NCBI GenBank assembly: GCA_963720545.1 | Contig: OY970399.1 | Location: 64,001-128,000 of the forward strand | From: an uncultured Acidobacteriota bacterium | GTDB taxonomy: Bacteria > Acidobacteriota > Vicinamibacteria > Fen-336 | Direction of reading: 5' to 3' | Length of the DNA: 64,000 bases | Part shown: piece by piece, positions 39,156 through 48,068 of the stretch | How positions within the stretch are numbered: the first letter of the stretch is position 1 | How the letters are laid out: each line of letters starts with the position of its first letter | The notes under the pieces: model-generated | What the model saw: only the letters and a program-made list of their open reading frames with translations | Told to the model about the DNA's origin: nothing | The model's database searches: none | Translations under genes and position numbers: made by a program

Positions 39156-41197
39156 TGCCGCGCCTCGCCGGAACTGGAATTGGCGATACCGAGCGCAACC
39201 GCGGCTTCGCGCTCGCGGCCCGCGTGCTTGAGGATCGCGGCCGATGCGACGATGCTGCGCTTCTCGGACGGGTCGGCGCGCAGCGCGGCGCGCCAGTGCG
39301 CACCCGCGGCATCGAGGTCGCCGGCCTGAGCGTCCATGAGTGCCAGCGAGGTGTGGGCGCGCGCGGCATCGGGACGCAGGGCGAGCGCATCGCGGAACGC
39401 CTTGCGCGCCTGCTGCGTGCGTCCGGCCATCAGCAGGATCGTGCCTTCCTGAACGAGCACGCGCACTGTGGGCGGCTTGCCACCGCCGGCGCGGGTGAGC
39501 GCGGTTGCGGCTTCGTCGAATCGACCCAGCCGCGCGAGTACCAGTGCCTGCGTGAGGAGCACATCCTGGTCGGCTGTCGATGCAGCGGTAAAGGGCTGAA
39601 GTACGCGCAGTGCCCCGGCGGCGTCGCCCAACTGCGCCAGCACCGTGGCGAGGAGCGTCGCGGCGTTGGCGTCGTCACGGCGCAGCGCCAGCGCCGCGCG
39701 CAGGGAGCCTTTCGCCCCGGTGAGGTCGCCGGCTTCCCGCTGCAGGTGAGCGAGGTAGAGATGCGAAACGGCCATCGAGGGCCGCATGCGTACGAGTTGC
39801 TCCGCCGCGACCATCGCGTCGTGCGGCCGTCCCTCCGCCTCCAGCGCCGCGACTTCCTGCAGCCGCGCATCGAGCAACATCAGGTTCTTGGGATCGTCCG
39901 CAGCGGAGTACGGCCTGTCGCTCGCGCCGCCGTTCGCCGAAACGTAGCCGAGCGCACGCAGGCGTTCGGCGTTCTCAGCGGTTTCTGCCGAAGCGCGCGC
40001 GGGCCGTTCTCCACGACGCAGGTCCGCGAGCAGGCGCTGCAGCGGGGCAGCGGCCGCCTTGTCGCCAGCGAGGTTCGTCCGCTCGGCAGAGTCATTGGCG
40101 AGGTCGTACAGCTCCGCGATCGGCAGGTCGACGTACTTCCGGTTGCCGGCGATGACGCCGCGCAACGGCGCCCAGCCGCGGCCGAGGTTTCCCGAGAGAG
40201 CCTCGAAGTAGCACGGTGCGGCCGCCAGCGCCTTGCCCCGAATCGCGGGCAGGAGGCTTCGCCCATCGAGGCCGCCAGGAATTTCGCCGCCGGCAGCCTC
40301 GAGGATGGTGGGAGCGATGTCCACGTGCCGCACGGCGTCTGTCACCACCGCGGGCGGGGCGCCGGCCATGGCAATGACGAGCGGCACGCGCAGCGTCGCT
40401 TCATAAGCGAGGATGCCGTGGGTCGCTTCGGCGTGTTCGCCGAGCGATTCGCCGTGGTCGCCGGTCGCGACCACCAGGGTGGCGCCGCCCGTGCGCCGCG
40501 CGAGAGCGTCGTCGATGAGCGGCGCCACCGCGCTGTCGGCCGCAGCGACGTCGTCCTGGTAGTTGGCATTGACGTACGGGAAGTGCGGCTCGTACACGTG
40601 CACCCACACGAACCAGGGCTGGCCCGCGGGCACCGCCGCGATGAATCGCCGTGCCCGCTCGACGGTCTCGGTTCCGGGTCGCGCCTGCTCCTGCAGGCCG
40701 GTACGCGGCTGGCTGCCGACGAACTCGTCGTCATAGACGTCGAAGCCCCGGTCGAGCCCGAAGCGGGCGGCAACCGGGAAGGCGCTGACGAAGGCACCCG
40801 TGTGGTAGCCGCGCCCCTTCAGCCACGTGGCCAGAGTGTTGGCGGTGGCGGGGAAGCGGAAGCCGCTGTTGTCCCGGACGCCGTGGTGAATCGGCAGCAG
40901 GCCCGAGAGGATGTTGGCGTGGCTTGGCAGGGTCACCACGTTGTGGGCGTGAGCGTTTGCGAACCGGGTGCCGGCCGCCGCCAGCCGGTCGAGGGCGGGC
41001 GTCCGGGCCGCGGCGCCGCGCCGGTAGCAGCCGACCGAGTCGGCGCGCAAGGTGTCGATCGTGATGAGCAAAACGCTGGTCGCCGGGCCTGCCGGCGGCA
41101 CCCGTTTTGCGGGTTCGGACGACCGTCCACAGGCCGGGAACAGCGCCAAGGCGATGACTGGAACGACCAGGATTGTGGCGCTGAGGCGTCTGCGCAT
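39152..41197 (-). CDS. Sulfatase-like (alkaline phosphatase superfamily) lipoprotein with C-terminal TPRs
   Basis: FPAC lipobox-like; LLITIDTLRAD, TLPSHANILSG, VHVYEPHFPY, TGDHGESLGEH, LRALGYV, then TPRs. Confidence 0.9.
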   Translation of the reverse strand: MRRRLSATILVVPVIALALFPACGRSSEPAKRVPPAGPATSVLLITIDTLRADSVGCYRRGAAARTPALDRLAAAGTRFANAHAHNVVTLPSHANILSGLLPIHHGVRDNSGFRFPATANTLATWLKGRGYHTGAFVSAFPVAARFGLDRGFDVYDDEFVGSQPRTGLQEQARPGTETVERARRFIAAVPAGQPWFVWVHVYEPHFPYVNANYQDDVAAADSAVAPLIDDALARRTGGATLVVATGDHGESLGEHAEATHGILAYEATLRVPLVIAMAGAPPAVVTDAVRHVDIAPTILEAAGGEIPGGLDGRSLLPAIRGKALAAAPCYFEALSGNLGRGWAPLRGVIAGNRKYVDLPIAELYDLANDSAERTNLAGDKAAAAPLQRLLADLRRGERPARASAETAENAERLRALGYVSANGGASDRPYSAADDPKNLMLLDARLQEVAALEAEGRPHDAMVAAEQLVRMRPSMAVSHLYLAHLQREAGDLTGAKGSLRAALALRRDDANAATLLATVLAQLGDAAGALRVLQPFTAASTADQDVLLTQALVLARLGRFDEAATALTRAGGGKPPTVRVLVQEGTILLMAGRTQQARKAFRDALALRPDAARAHTSLALMDAQAGDLDAAGAHWRAALRADPSEKRSIVASAAILKHAGREREAAVALGIANSSSGEARQ

Positions 41198-41249
41198 GGG
41201 ATCGCGACATGGTACTTCGTGGTCGCTCCCGGTGCGTCACACAAAAGTC

Positions 41250-41302
41250 TTGACAACCTTGGCGGTTTTCGTCTAAATACACTTTTTAAAGACGTTTAAT
41301 TA
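41250..41302 (+). promoter_or_regulatory. Promoter region of the TonB receptor with putative ROK operator (41281-41302)
   Basis: TTGACA at 41250-41255; -10-like TAAATA/TACACT with non-ideal spacing; ACTTTTTAAAGACGTTTAATTA containing the dyad TTAAA-N4-TTTAA. Confidence 0.6.
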
Positions 41303-41316
41303 ACGGCGAGGGGACC

Positions 41317-44300
41317 ATGAGGCGTGGCTCGATTCTTCTGCTGGTTGCGTTCCTGCTCAGTGCGGCGAACGCCATGGCACAACGTTCGACGGCGACGCTG
41401 CGGGGCACGGTCACCGACCCGACCCAGGCGATCGTGGCCGGCGCCAAGGTGGTCATCCTCAACGAAGCCACGGGCTTCACCCGCACCACAGTAACGAACA
41501 ACGACGGCCTCTACACCTTCGCCGACGTGCCCACCGGCTCCTACCGCGTGGACGTCAACCACGCGGGGTTCAAGGCCGAGGTGCGCAGCAAGCTGCAGTT
41601 GAACGTCGCCGACGTCCGGGTGCTGAACGTCCAGCTCACCACCGGCGACGTGGCCGAGGTGGTGAACGTCGATGCCTCGGCGCAGCAGGTCCGCACTGTG
41701 GGCGGTGAGGTGTCGGGCCTCGTCACCGGTGAGCAGGTGCGCCAGCTGCCCCTCAACGGCCGCAACTTCCTGCAGCTCGCCACCCTCATGCCGGGCGTCA
41801 GTTCGCCCGACTTCCTGAACGTCAAGGACAAGGGCCTGCTCGGCGGTTCGGACCTGTCGGTGAGCGGCGGCGGCGTCACCTCGAACATGTGGACGGTGGA
41901 CGGCGCCAACAACAACGACGTCGGCTCGAACCGCACCATCCTTGTTTATCCCTCTCTCGAGGCGATCGAGGAGTTCAAGATCCATCGCAACAGCTACGGC
42001 GCCGAGTTCGGCGGCGCGTCGGGCGCGCAGATCAACATCGTCACCCGCACCGGCCAGAACGAGTTCCACGGCGACCTGTTCTATTCCGGCCGGCGCGACT
42101 CGCTCAACTCCACCAACTATTTCCTCGAGCAGGCGGGCCAGCCCAAGGAAAACCTGAAGCGCAACGACTTCGGCTGGACCTTCAGCGGTCCGATCATGAA
42201 GGACAAGCTGCATTTCTTCGTGTCGCAGGAGTGGAACCGGGAGCTGCGCGGCAGCGTCCGCACCGCGCAGGTGCCGACGGCGCTCGAGCGCACCGGCGAC
42301 TTCAGTCAGACGGTCGCCGGGGTGTGCGGCGCGAACATTCCCATCGATCCCCTCACCGGCCAGGCTTTCCCAGGTAACGTGATCCCGGCCAACCGGCTGA
42401 GCCCGGGTGGCGCGCTCTACACGCAGCTCTTCCCGCTGCCCAACACCAACCCCGGATCGGGCTGCAACAACTGGGTCGCGTCGCTCGATTCGCCCATCAA
42501 CTGGCGGCAGGAAAACATCCGCCTCGACTGGACCCTGAGCCCCAAGAGCCGAATCATGTTGCGCTACACCCAGGACGCCTGGGTGAACGGCGCGCCCAAC
42601 CTCTACAGCAACCTGTGGGGCGACGACCCGTTCCCGGCGGTCGATTCGAACTGGGACCAGCCCGGCCGCTCGGTCACCGCGCAGTTGACGCAGAACATCG
42701 GCTCGTCGGCGGTGAACACGCTCTCCTTCTCCTACTCGTCCAATAGCATCACGGTGACGCGGGGCGGCGACAATCCGGGGTTGAGCGGGCAGCTGAATGC
42801 GGCGATTCCGTCGCTCTTCCCCGACAGCATCCGCGAGTACGGTGCCGAGCGCGGCCATCCGCTCTTCTGGGGCGGCTTCGGGTACGGCAACAACCTCTGG
42901 AACGAGGCGCCCTTCCGCAACAACCAGGACCTGTTCATCCTGAAGAACGACTATTCGGTGGTGTTCGGCAACCACTTCCTCAAGGTGGGCGCCATCGCCA
43001 GCATGAACAAGAAGAACGAGGACTCGCTGGGGAACGGCTCCAATGAGAGCCCGCAGTTCTGGGGTTCGGCGGGCCTCGCTGGCAACGGCGGCAGCACCGG
43101 CAGCGGCCTCGGCGACCTGTTGCTCCGCGACATGACCTTCGGCTTCTCCGAGTTCTCCAACCAGCGTCCGGTGCCGCAGCGCTGGAAGGATCTCGAGTTC
43201 TACGTCGCCGATTCGTGGAAGCTGAACTCGCGCATGTCTCTCGACCTCGGCGTGCGCTACTCGAACTTCTGGAACGCGTATGCCAACGACGACCGCGCGG
43301 CCTCGTTCGACCCGGCGGCCTACAACCCGGCGCTGGCGGGCGATCCGTGCAACGGCCTGCTGTTCGTTCCCGGCTCCACGTTCTGCCGCGACGGCGGCTT
43401 CGCCGGCGGCACCGATGCACCGAACCGCTCCCTGTACCCGCAGGACCTCAACCTGTTGGCACCGCGTGTCGGCTTCGCCTGGGACGTCAACGGGGACGGC
43501 AAGACCGCGGTCCGCGCCGGCTTCGGGAAGTTCTACCTGCGCGAGCGCCTCAGCCCTGGCCTCAACATCGCCGGCAACCCGCCGTTCAGCTTCCTGCGCA
43601 CCGGCACCCGCTTCCTCGACAGCATCGTCGAGCCGTGCGCCGGCTGCTTCGGCGTCTCGAACGGGCGTGCCACCGCCGGCCGCGAACAGCGTTCGGCGAC
43701 CCCCTACAACTACCAGTGGAACGTCAGCGTCGAACGCGAGATCCTGCCGAACACGGTCTTCGAACTCGGCTATGTCGGCAGCAAGGGCAAGAACCTGCTG
43801 AAGACCCGCGACATCAACCAGGTGGCCGAAGGCGACAGCAACGGCAATGGCATCGGCGACCGCGTCGAGTGGGCGCTGCTCGGCGATGGAGGAGCGGCAG
43901 TGCGGCCGTTCCCGTCGATCGGCGGCCGTATCACGTTCTGGGACCACAGCGGCAGCTCGATCTACCACTCCTTGCAGACGCAGCTGCGCAGCCACTTCGG
44001 CCGCGGCTCGCAGTTGCAGGCGTCCTACACCTGGTCGCGCACGATCGCCAACGAGCCGCTCGACAACTCCGACGGCAACCTGTCGGCGACCGTGACAGTG
44101 CTCGACGACCGCCTCGACCGCGGCCTCGCGCAGACGCACCGCAAGCACATCGCGAACGCGAGCCTGGTGTTGAACCTGCCCCTGCTCGAAGACAAGTCGC
44201 CTCTGGTACGCCACCTCTTCGGCGACTGGCAGGTGGCGACCATCGCCCAGTACGCTTCCGGGCAGGCGCTCACGTTCTTCGCCGGAAGCATTCCGGGGCT

Positions 44301-44757
44301 GCAGGGCGGAATCAGCGGCACGGGTTACGTCGACAACCAGCGGCCCAACCGCGTCCCCGGCGTTTCCTGCGCGGCGCCCGCGGGCAGCCCGAAGGAGCAG
44401 ATCATCAACCCGGCCGCCTTCACCATCGTCGGGATGCGGATCGGCGACCTCGGCGACTCCGGCCGCGGCGTTTGCGAAGGCCCCGACTACAAGCAGGTGG
44501 ACTTCTCGCTCTACAAGAACATCCGCCTCAACGCGAAAATCCGCATGCAGCTGCGCTTCGACGTCTTCAACATCTTCAACCGCGTGAACTTCGTGGGTAC
44601 GGGCGGCAACGGCGTGCAAAACGTCATGAGCCCCAGCGACGTCACCTTCGACGCAAACGGTGTCGTCACCAGCGCCACCTCGCAGCCAAGCTTCGGCCAG
44701 GCCCGCCTCACCAAGGATCCGCGCCAGGCGCAGTTCGGGATCAAGCTGAGCTTCTGA
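41317..44757 (+). CDS. TonB-dependent receptor, Oar-type, with carboxypeptidase-regulatory-like N-domain
   Basis: GTVTDPT.A.V.GA.V, LPLNGRNFLQL, IEEFKI..NSYGAEFG, APRVGFAWD, PRQAQFGIKLSF with terminal Phe. Confidence 0.95.
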   Translation: MRRGSILLLVAFLLSAANAMAQRSTATLRGTVTDPTQAIVAGAKVVILNEATGFTRTTVTNNDGLYTFADVPTGSYRVDVNHAGFKAEVRSKLQLNVADVRVLNVQLTTGDVAEVVNVDASAQQVRTVGGEVSGLVTGEQVRQLPLNGRNFLQLATLMPGVSSPDFLNVKDKGLLGGSDLSVSGGGVTSNMWTVDGANNNDVGSNRTILVYPSLEAIEEFKIHRNSYGAEFGGASGAQINIVTRTGQNEFHGDLFYSGRRDSLNSTNYFLEQAGQPKENLKRNDFGWTFSGPIMKDKLHFFVSQEWNRELRGSVRTAQVPTALERTGDFSQTVAGVCGANIPIDPLTGQAFPGNVIPANRLSPGGALYTQLFPLPNTNPGSGCNNWVASLDSPINWRQENIRLDWTLSPKSRIMLRYTQDAWVNGAPNLYSNLWGDDPFPAVDSNWDQPGRSVTAQLTQNIGSSAVNTLSFSYSSNSITVTRGGDNPGLSGQLNAAIPSLFPDSIREYGAERGHPLFWGGFGYGNNLWNEAPFRNNQDLFILKNDYSVVFGNHFLKVGAIASMNKKNEDSLGNGSNESPQFWGSAGLAGNGGSTGSGLGDLLLRDMTFGFSEFSNQRPVPQRWKDLEFYVADSWKLNSRMSLDLGVRYSNFWNAYANDDRAASFDPAAYNPALAGDPCNGLLFVPGSTFCRDGGFAGGTDAPNRSLYPQDLNLLAPRVGFAWDVNGDGKTAVRAGFGKFYLRERLSPGLNIAGNPPFSFLRTGTRFLDSIVEPCAGCFGVSNGRATAGREQRSATPYNYQWNVSVEREILPNTVFELGYVGSKGKNLLKTRDINQVAEGDSNGNGIGDRVEWALLGDGGAAVRPFPSIGGRITFWDHSGSSIYHSLQTQLRSHFGRGSQLQASYTWSRTIANEPLDNSDGNLSATVTVLDDRLDRGLAQTHRKHIANASLVLNLPLLEDKSPLVRHLFGDWQVATIAQYASGQALTFFAGSIPGLQGGISGTGYVDNQRPNRVPGVSCAAPAGSPKEQIINPAAFTIVGMRIGDLGDSGRGVCEGPDYKQVDFSLYKNIRLNAKIRMQLRFDVFNIFNRVNFVGTGGNGVQNVMSPSDVTFDANGVVTSATSQPSFGQARLTKDPRQAQFGIKLSF

Positions 44758-44766
44758 TGGCGTAAC

Positions 44767-44800
44767 GTCGCCTCCTTGCGGCATTCGACAAGGAGGCGAC
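44767..44800 (+). promoter_or_regulatory. 12-bp perfect stem-loop sequestering the AAGGAGG RBS of the downstream gene
   Basis: GTCGCCTCCTTG-N10-CAAGGAGGCGAC, ending just before the ATG at 44802 (one intervening base); no U-tract. Confidence 0.75.
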
Positions 44801-44801
44801 A

Positions 44802-45515
44802 ATGAGAAGCATGCTTGCGGCAGCGGCCGCGCTGGTACTCGGCGCGGCGCTTGCAGCAGCAGACCAGCAGGCGCAACCGATGCCACTGGCAGGCGCACCA
44901 CCCGCGGCGATGCGCGGCGACGTGCTTTACCGCGTCACGCTCCTGCGCGCGGCTCCGGGGCGCCTCCTCGACCTCGTGGACGCGGTGCGCGGCAAATCCC
45001 CATGGATTTACCGCCACTCCCAGGGCGATCATTGGGACATGATGGTCCTTCGCCCCGCCGGCGACTACGCGAAGCACCTGGCCGCCGGGGCCGGCGCTGC
45101 GCTCGCTCCCGAAGAGCTGGTGGCGTGGCAGGAGGAGGAGTTCTACCGTGGCCCCGACCTCGCGCGGCATCCCGGCATCACCGCGGCGGGGCTCGCGCAC
45201 ATCGAGATATTTCATGCGCTCGCCGGCAAGCGGGCCGAGCTTGTGAAGGAGCGCGAGATGGAGAACGCGTTCCTGGCGGCGACCGGTGAGCCGCAAAACG
45301 CCATCTTCGTCCGCGAGCTGGGCGCCTCGTGGGATGCGTTCACGCTCGGCGTCTACCGCGACTGGCACCACTACGCCGAATCGCAGGACGTGCCCGCCGA
45401 CAAGTTGGAGCAGGCCGCGACGGCCGCCGGCTTTTCCGGCCGTGCCGGCATCGGACCCTACCTGCGCGCACTGATCCTCGACCACCACGACACGCTCGCG
45501 GTGCCGGTGCGCTAG
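44802..45515 (+). CDS. Secreted hypothetical protein (two NIPSNAP/dimeric alpha-beta barrel-like halves)
   Basis: Strong RBS and signal peptide; parallel motifs RAAPGRLLDL..HSQGDHWD and HALAGKRAEL..GASWD; fold call is tentative. Confidence 0.75.
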   Translation: MRSMLAAAAALVLGAALAAADQQAQPMPLAGAPPAAMRGDVLYRVTLLRAAPGRLLDLVDAVRGKSPWIYRHSQGDHWDMMVLRPAGDYAKHLAAGAGAALAPEELVAWQEEEFYRGPDLARHPGITAAGLAHIEIFHALAGKRAELVKEREMENAFLAATGEPQNAIFVRELGASWDAFTLGVYRDWHHYAESQDVPADKLEQAATAAGFSGRAGIGPYLRALILDHHDTLAVPVR

Positions 45516-45517
45516 AG

Positions 45518-46489
45518 GTGCGGCCCGGTCTGGCGTGCGCGGCGCTCGCGGGACTCCTGCTGGGCCAGGGACGCGCGGCGGCGGCGCAGGCGGCTCATAG
45601 CGCCATCATCGAGGCGAGCGGTTCTGTGATCGATCTCGAGGTCACGGGCACCGTCACGATCGCGCAGGCGATGCTGGAAGGCTGGATCAAGGCGGCGGCC
45701 GCCAACATCGCCGGCTATTTCGGCAAGTTCCCGGTGCCGCGCGTGCGCCTGCGGGTGCGCGCGGGCGGCTCGGGCGTTGGCCACGGCGTCACCTACGGCA
45801 CCGACGTGCCGCTGATCCGCATCTCGATCGGCTCCGACACCGAACAGGCCGACCTCGACGACGACTGGGTGCTGACCCACGAGTTCGCGCACATGGGCCT
45901 GCCCGACCTCACGAGCGACGACCGCTGGGCCGAGGAGGGCCTTGCCACCTACGTCGAATCGGTGGCGCGCGTGCGCGCCGGCAGGCTCAGCGAAGCCGCC
46001 ATGTGGGCCGGCCTGGTGCGCGGCATGCCGCAGGGGCTGCCGCGCTCGACGAGCGACGTCCTGCACGAGAACCACAGCTGGGGCCGCACCTACTGGGGCG
46101 GGGCGCTCTTCTGGCTGGTCGCCGACGTCCGCATCCGGGAACGGACCGGCGGGGCCCACACGCTCGCCGAGGCGCAGCGCGGCCTCCTCAAGGCTGGCGG
46201 CGACATCCGCGCCGACTGGGATCTCACCAGGACTCTCGAGGTCGCCGACCGCGCCATCGGCGGGCGCATCCTCCAGGACCTGTACGCCGAGATGGCGCTG
46301 CATGCCGCGCCCTTCGATCTCGATGCGTTGTGGCGCGACCTCGGCATCGTGGCGCAGCGCACCGGGCGCAGCGTGTCGTTCGACGAACGCGCGCGGCTGG
46401 CTTCGATCCGCCGCGCGATCAGCGGCGGCCGCGCTTCGACTTCAACCCGTGCCGGGCTTGTGCTTCCTCCACCGAGTGCGACTCGGTGA
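45518..46489 (+). CDS. Secreted gluzincin metallopeptidase (M1/M61-like)
   Basis: WVLTHEFAH...WAEEGLATY, RTYWGGALFW; signal peptide after the GTG at 45518. Confidence 0.82.
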   Translation: MRPGLACAALAGLLLGQGRAAAAQAAHSAIIEASGSVIDLEVTGTVTIAQAMLEGWIKAAAANIAGYFGKFPVPRVRLRVRAGGSGVGHGVTYGTDVPLIRISIGSDTEQADLDDDWVLTHEFAHMGLPDLTSDDRWAEEGLATYVESVARVRAGRLSEAAMWAGLVRGMPQGLPRSTSDVLHENHSWGRTYWGGALFWLVADVRIRERTGGAHTLAEAQRGLLKAGGDIRADWDLTRTLEVADRAIGGRILQDLYAEMALHAAPFDLDALWRDLGIVAQRTGRSVSFDERARLASIRRAISGGRASTSTRAGLVLPPPSATR

Positions 46490-46883
46490 TCGCCATTTCC
46501 TTCGCCGCGAGGGCCGACAGCGCGCGGTAGTGGGTGTGCAGCACAGCCATTTCCGCCTCGTTCAGGTCTTCGACCGTCACCAGGCGGTTGCTCGCACCCT
46601 CGAGGGCGGCGACCAGCTCCGAGAGCTTCAGGTGGATGGCGAGCGAGTCCTTGTTCTGCTGGCGCTGGATGAGGAACACCATCAGGAACGTGACGATGGT
46701 GGTGCCGGTGTTGATGACCAGCTGCCAGGTGTCCGAGTAGTCGAAGAGCGGCCCGGTCACCACCCAGATCGCGACAATCGAGACCGCAAGCAGGAATGCC
46801 GCGGTCGTGCCGCTGAAGCGCGTGGCGGCGCCCGCGAGCCGCTCGGCGAGGTTCGTGTTGCGCGCGACTTTCTTGTTGGCCAT
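46419..46883 (-). CDS. Low-affinity iron permease family protein (Fet4-like)
   Basis: W.VTGPLF.YSDTWQLVINTGTTIVTFLMVFLIQ..QNKD..AIHLKL.EL. Confidence 0.92.
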   Translation of the reverse strand: MANKKVARNTNLAERLAGAATRFSGTTAAFLLAVSIVAIWVVTGPLFDYSDTWQLVINTGTTIVTFLMVFLIQRQQNKDSLAIHLKLSELVAALEGASNRLVTVEDLNEAEMAVLHTHYRALSALAAKEMAITESHSVEEAQARHGLKSKRGRR

Positions 46884-46923
46884 GGCCAGCAGGGTAGCCG
46901 AAACGCTCGTCTATAGTGCCGGC

Positions 46924-47319
46924 ATGGCACGCTTCTGGCCGTTCGTCCTCGTCGGTGCCGGCTCCGCCATCGGCGGCATGCTGCGGTTCGCCGTGGGTCG
47001 TGCGATCGGCGCAGGGGCCGGCGGCTTTCCGCTCAGCACCTTCCTCATCAACGTGTCCGGCTCGTTCGTGCTCGGGCTGCTCGGCGGCATGCTGGCGCAC
47101 CGCGGTGGCGGCGGCTTCGACGCGGATGCCGTGCGCCTGGCCATAGGCGTCGGCTTCTGCGGTGGCTTCACCACCTTTTCGGCATTCGAGATCGAGACCC
47201 ACGACCTGCTCGCCGGCGGCGGGCGCTTCGTCGCCACGGCGTACGTCGTGCTGAGCGTGGTCGTCGGCCTCCTGGCAGTGCGCGCCGGGCTTGTGGCCGC
47301 TTCCGCGTTGCGCGGCTAG
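46924..47319 (+). CDS. crcB: Fluoride channel Fluc/CrcB
   Basis: G.AIGG.LR, FP..TF.IN..GSF..G, GFCGGFTTFSAF. Confidence 0.93.
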   Translation: MARFWPFVLVGAGSAIGGMLRFAVGRAIGAGAGGFPLSTFLINVSGSFVLGLLGGMLAHRGGGGFDADAVRLAIGVGFCGGFTTFSAFEIETHDLLAGGGRFVATAYVVLSVVVGLLAVRAGLVAASALRG

Positions 47320-47909
47320 AGCAGTTCGGCGCGGGCCTGGCGGGCGCGGGCCGCGCCGATCGCGGTCTTGACGGCCTTTTCCTTCTCGGGCGGCGGGATC
47401 ACGGCCGGCATCCCGAGATGCTGGATCCACAACTCGCGCGACCAGCCCTGGCCGAGGTAGAGGTGCTCGTGCTGCTCGCTCTCCACCGCGTCATAGGCGG
47501 TCTTGAGCGCGCGGCTCTCGCCGTTCCGCGCCTTGCCCGCCGCTTCGCCGATGAGGTCCCAGTTGTGGAAGTTGCGCGTCTCGGCCATCACGATGCACTC
47601 AGCAGCGACCACTTCCGCCGCGACCCGGTCGCGGCTGTCGAGTGCCGCTTCCATGGCTTTCGTCAGGCACTCGCCGATGTGCTTAGAAAAGGTGCGGCCG
47701 GCGGTCTCCACGTCGGGATCGATGCCGAGCGTCTGGCACAGCTCGATCGCGACCTGCGCGTGCTGCCGGGTGTGGCCGAGGTAGCTCTGCCACTCCTTCT
47801 TGAGCCGTTCATTCTGCACGCAGCGCAGCGCCATCTCATAGACCCGGGCGCACGACCGTTCCGATTCGATCGCCTGATAGATCAGATCGTGCAGTTGCTT
47901 CTTCTCCAC
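47316..47909 (-). CDS. Ferritin-like (four-helix bundle) conserved protein
   Basis: GGAGG RBS before GTG; LIYQAIESE...VY..A, ESEQHEH, PAVIPPPE..K.VKTAIGAARA. Confidence 0.75.
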   Translation of the reverse strand: MEKKQLHDLIYQAIESERSCARVYEMALRCVQNERLKKEWQSYLGHTRQHAQVAIELCQTLGIDPDVETAGRTFSKHIGECLTKAMEAALDSRDRVAAEVVAAECIVMAETRNFHNWDLIGEAAGKARNGESRALKTAYDAVESEQHEHLYLGQGWSRELWIQHLGMPAVIPPPEKEKAVKTAIGAARARQARAELL

Positions 47910-47983
47910 GGAGAACCTCCACTCGTCTGTATCAAATCGTCTGTATCGAAAAAGGAAAACGGGAATGACCGTGCCCGTGTCTT

Positions 47984-48000
47984 TAGCAAGGGCTGTGCCG
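47984..48000 (-). promoter_or_regulatory. Putative sigma-54 (-24/-12) promoter
   Basis: Minus strand reads CGGCACAGCCCTTGCTA (GG-N10-GC), about 75 bp upstream of the 47909 start. Confidence 0.65.
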
Positions 48001-48068
48001 GGCCGAAATCCCTGTAAGCCTTTGAAAACACAGGCCGGTGACTGGAGGTTTGTAGAAATGTTCTTTCG

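Noticed and set aside
41296..44901. 1201-aa antisense ORF, and similar long shadow ORFs (2857..5034, 9564..11762, 24521..26746, 30489..32957, 60277..63057)
   Set aside because: They mirror or overlay genes with clear family motifs. Stop-poor alternative frames are expected in high-GC DNA, and their translations show no motifs.
46884..46923. Fluoride riboswitch upstream of crcB
   Set aside because: The gap is only 40 bp and lacks the GGCGATGG...CTGATG core.
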